Below are positions 43,572 through 45,852 of a DNA stretch of 45,852 nucleotides, piece by piece (position 1 is the stretch's first letter; each line of letters begins with the position of its first letter). A program made the position numbers and the translations under genes. Source of the DNA: an uncultured Saprospiraceae bacterium (GTDB taxonomy: Bacteria; Bacteroidota; Bacteroidia; Chitinophagales; Saprospiraceae); NCBI GenBank assembly GCA_964645475.1, contig CAZYAC010000001.1:1-45852 (forward strand), in the 5' to 3' direction. The notes below the pieces were generated by a model, which worked only from the letters and a program-made list of their open reading frames with translations, made no database searches and was not told where the DNA came from.

Positions 43572-44843
43572 TTAACGCCGCAATCCATCTCCAATCAGAT
43601 TAAAAACGGTTACGGTCACAAAGATTCCAATTCCTGGGAATACGACCATCCACCAAGCCGAGAAATTACTCCGAGCAATACTTAACATTTTACCCCACGT
43701 GAAAGCATCAAAGGCTACCCCAATTCCTAAAAAAGATAAAGTTGCTTCTGCTAAGATGGCACCCGCCATTCCAAAGGCAATCGTTATATAAACGGGTGTC
43801 ATAGCATTCGGCAAAGCATGTTGCCAGATCACTCGCCAAGAAGAAAAGCCTAATGACTGTGCAGCCTGCACATAAGGCAAATTTCTAATCCTTAAAAACG
43901 CCGCCCTGACAAAACGAGCGGTCGTCGTCCATCCAAGAAACCCAATAATAAAAATGATATTCAATACCGACTTACTTTCTACAATCGATAGAATGGCTAG
44001 TAAAATAAATAATCCTGGAATGGAATTAAAAACTTCTATCGTTCGCATCACCACTCCATCTACAGGAAAAGTGATTTTTTTGTTGAAGAACGAAAATTTT
44101 TCCAACAAAGTCCCCAACAGATAAAAACCTAAAACAATAGCTAAAAAAATCATGACTCCTTTTCCCACTTCCCAACCAAAAGCACCTTCCGCCAGAACAT
44201 ATCTACGCGCACTGAATCCATAAAACATTCCCAATAGTATTCCAGGAATCAACAGAACAATTTTAATGATAGAGACTTTTAATCTTTCATTCCCAAAATA
44301 CCCTGCAATGCTTCCCATGAATAATCCGATAAATCCTGCGACCAGCATGGATAAAATTCCCACCAACATGGCAGTCCTAGTTCCGTGTATCATTCCAGCC
44401 ATTACATCACGGCCCAGTTTATCGGTTCCCAACCAATGCCGATATCGCAATGAGGAAATATCCTGTTTAGAAAAAGGACTTTTAAAACGGGTGTTTTTTC
44501 GATCAATACTCGTGGGTGAATAGGGAATGGGTGGCATCCAGACCGCCTCATAATCATGCTCCGACCATTCGGTACGAATATACTTGGCATCCCATTTAGC
44601 TAGACCCATCGCTACGGCATAATCTTTTAAAGCTGGAAAATGAGTCTCCCCCGCAATCTTACAATAAAGTGGTTTTTCGTTCGCCAGAAAATCAGCAGCT
44701 GCCGCAATGAACAACAGGAAAAACAGTGTATACACCGACCACCGAGTAGCCCGTCGGTGTCGCAGCGTAGACCACAACCCTCGCCAGCCACCAGTAGGAG
44801 GAGCATTAGATTTTTCGACATTGTTATTTATGGTTGGATTCAA
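43572..44843 (-). CDS. ABC transporter permease, oligopeptide/dipeptide (OppC/DppC)-type
   Basis: Multi-pass membrane protein. EAA-loop region YVQAAQSLGFSSWRVIWQHALPNAMTPV is typical of BPD_transp_1 peptide permeases. Confidence 0.8.
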   Translation of the reverse strand: MNPTINNNVEKSNAPPTGGWRGLWSTLRHRRATRWSVYTLFFLLFIAAAADFLANEKPLYCKIAGETHFPALKDYAVAMGLAKWDAKYIRTEWSEHDYEAVWMPPIPYSPTSIDRKNTRFKSPFSKQDISSLRYRHWLGTDKLGRDVMAGMIHGTRTAMLVGILSMLVAGFIGLFMGSIAGYFGNERLKVSIIKIVLLIPGILLGMFYGFSARRYVLAEGAFGWEVGKGVMIFLAIVLGFYLLGTLLEKFSFFNKKITFPVDGVVMRTIEVFNSIPGLFILLAILSIVESKSVLNIIFIIGFLGWTTTARFVRAAFLRIRNLPYVQAAQSLGFSSWRVIWQHALPNAMTPVYITIAFGMAGAILAEATLSFLGIGVAFDAFTWGKMLSIARSNFSAWWMVVFPGIGIFVTVTVFNLIGDGLRR

Positions 44844-44992
44844 TGGTTATTTTAACTTTAGTAAAGTTCTCGCGTTTCTTAGAATTTCATAAGACCCAAT
44901 AGCATCAAGCATCGTCATTCCATTATATATGTATATTACTATTTCCATTTTATTCATCAAAAAATGTTTTTACTAAATTATTAAACACCTCA

Positions 44993-45852
44993 CTATCTCT
45001 TCAACCTAAATCGTTTCGCCTTCTGTTTAAAGAAAAAAATACGCTCAGTAGCCAGATATAAAGTTTTATTATCCCAAAAGTCCAAAGCTTCGTATTGTTT
45101 CGGAAAAATAAATCCTGGTGCTTTTCGCTTATGCATTCGACCACGTAAAAATCGGTTTTCTTTAAAATTACTAAATATAAAAACCTTATTCTTTACCCAT
45201 GGAAAGATGCCTAAAAAACGCCCATAATTGTACGCCGTCATCACTACTGTTTTTCCGTCTGGGCTAATACAGGCACCCGTAATTACTTTTCTTTTAATTA
45301 ATAAACTATCTACCGCCGCAACAGTATATACGCCAGGTCTAGCGGGTAACACGTAATGTCGGGTTTGGTAGTTGCCATGTTTCGCTTTATTTTTTGAAAA
45401 TAAATGTAATGAATCCTGATGGTAAAAAAAGGCTTCCATGTCAAAATTTTGCGCTGCCTGTGTAGGAGGGAAAACGGATTGCTCCTGATACCGAAACTGA
45501 ATAGAATCAAGATTTCCAGTACTTCGTTCGTAAATATAAATTTTAAGATCTTTTCGTCGATTTAGATTATTCCCAAAATCTCCGATATAAATATGTCCTC
45601 GATCATCTGCTGTCAAGTCTTCCCAATCAATATTCTTAATCGTTTTAAAGGCTATGGTATCCAGTATTTTGCCTTTTCTGTCGGTACAATACAAAGTGGG
45701 CGTATGCCCTCCATCATTATGCCACCACAAAAAATCTAAACCTTCAACCCATAATCCTGACACTTCCCTCAGTGCATCAGGCAACCTTATGGTTTTTGGC
45801 TTGTCTTTTTGAGCAGACAGGTCCGTAGGAAAGATAAATATCCCAAAAAACA
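44993..45852 (-). CDS. Hypothetical secreted protein (possible beta-propeller/SdiA-regulated-like); 5' end beyond right edge
   Basis: The track ORF begins at a TTG. I read the same frame open to the window end (..FFGIFIFPTDLSAQKDKPKTIRLPDALREVSGL), which looks like the tail of a signal peptide. I recognised no catalytic motif. Confidence 0.5.
   Translation of the reverse strand, partial: FFGIFIFPTDLSAQKDKPKTIRLPDALREVSGLWVEGLDFLWWHNDGGHTPTLYCTDRKGKILDTIAFKTIKNIDWEDLTADDRGHIYIGDFGNNLNRRKDLKIYIYERSTGNLDSIQFRYQEQSVFPPTQAAQNFDMEAFFYHQDSLHLFSKNKAKHGNYQTRHYVLPARPGVYTVAAVDSLLIKRKVITGACISPDGKTVVMTAYNYGRFLGIFPWVKNKVFIFSNFKENRFLRGRMHKRKAPGFIFPKQYEALDFWDNKTLYLATERIFFFKQKAKRFRLKR

Noticed and set aside
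43467-43685. 72-aa plus-strand ORF overlapping the 3' end of the permease gene.
   Set aside because: It overlaps a well-supported permease CDS and has no recognisable features.
1-45852. Searched by eye for tRNA/rRNA genes, CRISPR repeats, transposase/integrase/recombinase genes, terminal inverted repeats, toxin-antitoxin pairs and phage-defence gene sets.
   Set aside because: I recognised none. Every long ORF is accounted for by polysaccharide, NRPS, transport, regulatory or housekeeping functions. A covariance-model scan (tRNAscan/Infernal) would be needed to exclude small ncRNAs formally.

Overview
AT-rich bacterial window. Gene content suggests Bacteroidota (inference): a TonB receptor with a CarboxypepD_reg N-terminus, a PHP-type CpsB phosphatase, a lipoprotein Wza, and A-rich start contexts without Shine-Dalgarno sequences.

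Positions 1-30096 form one unbroken minus-strand gene train of about 25 genes, with many 4-20 nt overlaps and a largest gap of 115 nt. Its 3' two thirds is a Wzy-dependent surface-polysaccharide locus. It encodes Wza, a Wzc BY-kinase, Wzy, a NeuB/NeuC/NeuA sialic-acid cassette, a GT11 fucosyltransferase, GT4 transferases, two SDR epimerases, an AsnB-like amidotransferase, two acetyltransferases, FkbM methyltransferases and a sulfotransferase. A central decay zone holds a sulfotransferase remnant and a half-length FkbM gene.

The 5' end of the same train is non-ribosomal peptide machinery: an acyl-CoA-dehydrogenase-like flavoenzyme, a DltA-like free-standing adenylating enzyme, a DltC-like carrier protein and a 1396-aa C-A-T NRPS. 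The A domain of that NRPS is interrupted by a PP-loop (Zn-ribbon + SGGKDS) ATP-pyrophosphatase domain. An 11-nt gap then leads to a GT1 glycosyltransferase reading in frame into Wza.

Divergently on the plus strand (30337-37435) lie an ABC exporter, a HupE/UreJ-type membrane protein and a second NRPS (C-A-T-TE). Its thioesterase has Cys in the nucleophile position.

The right flank carries a cupin-type anti-sigma/ECF sigma pair, CpsB tyrosine phosphatase, a His-rich small protein, a TonB-dependent receptor, HU, a small lipoprotein, an Opp/Dpp-type permease and a partial secreted protein.

I saw no tRNA, rRNA, CRISPR array, transposase or integrase. Within the window I also saw no Wzx flippase, initiating phosphoglycosyltransferase, PPTase, MbtH or epimerization domain.

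The most unusual content is the NRPS-capsule hybrid organisation and the PP-loop-interrupted adenylation domain. All functional calls rest on motifs I recognised by eye; no database search was run.
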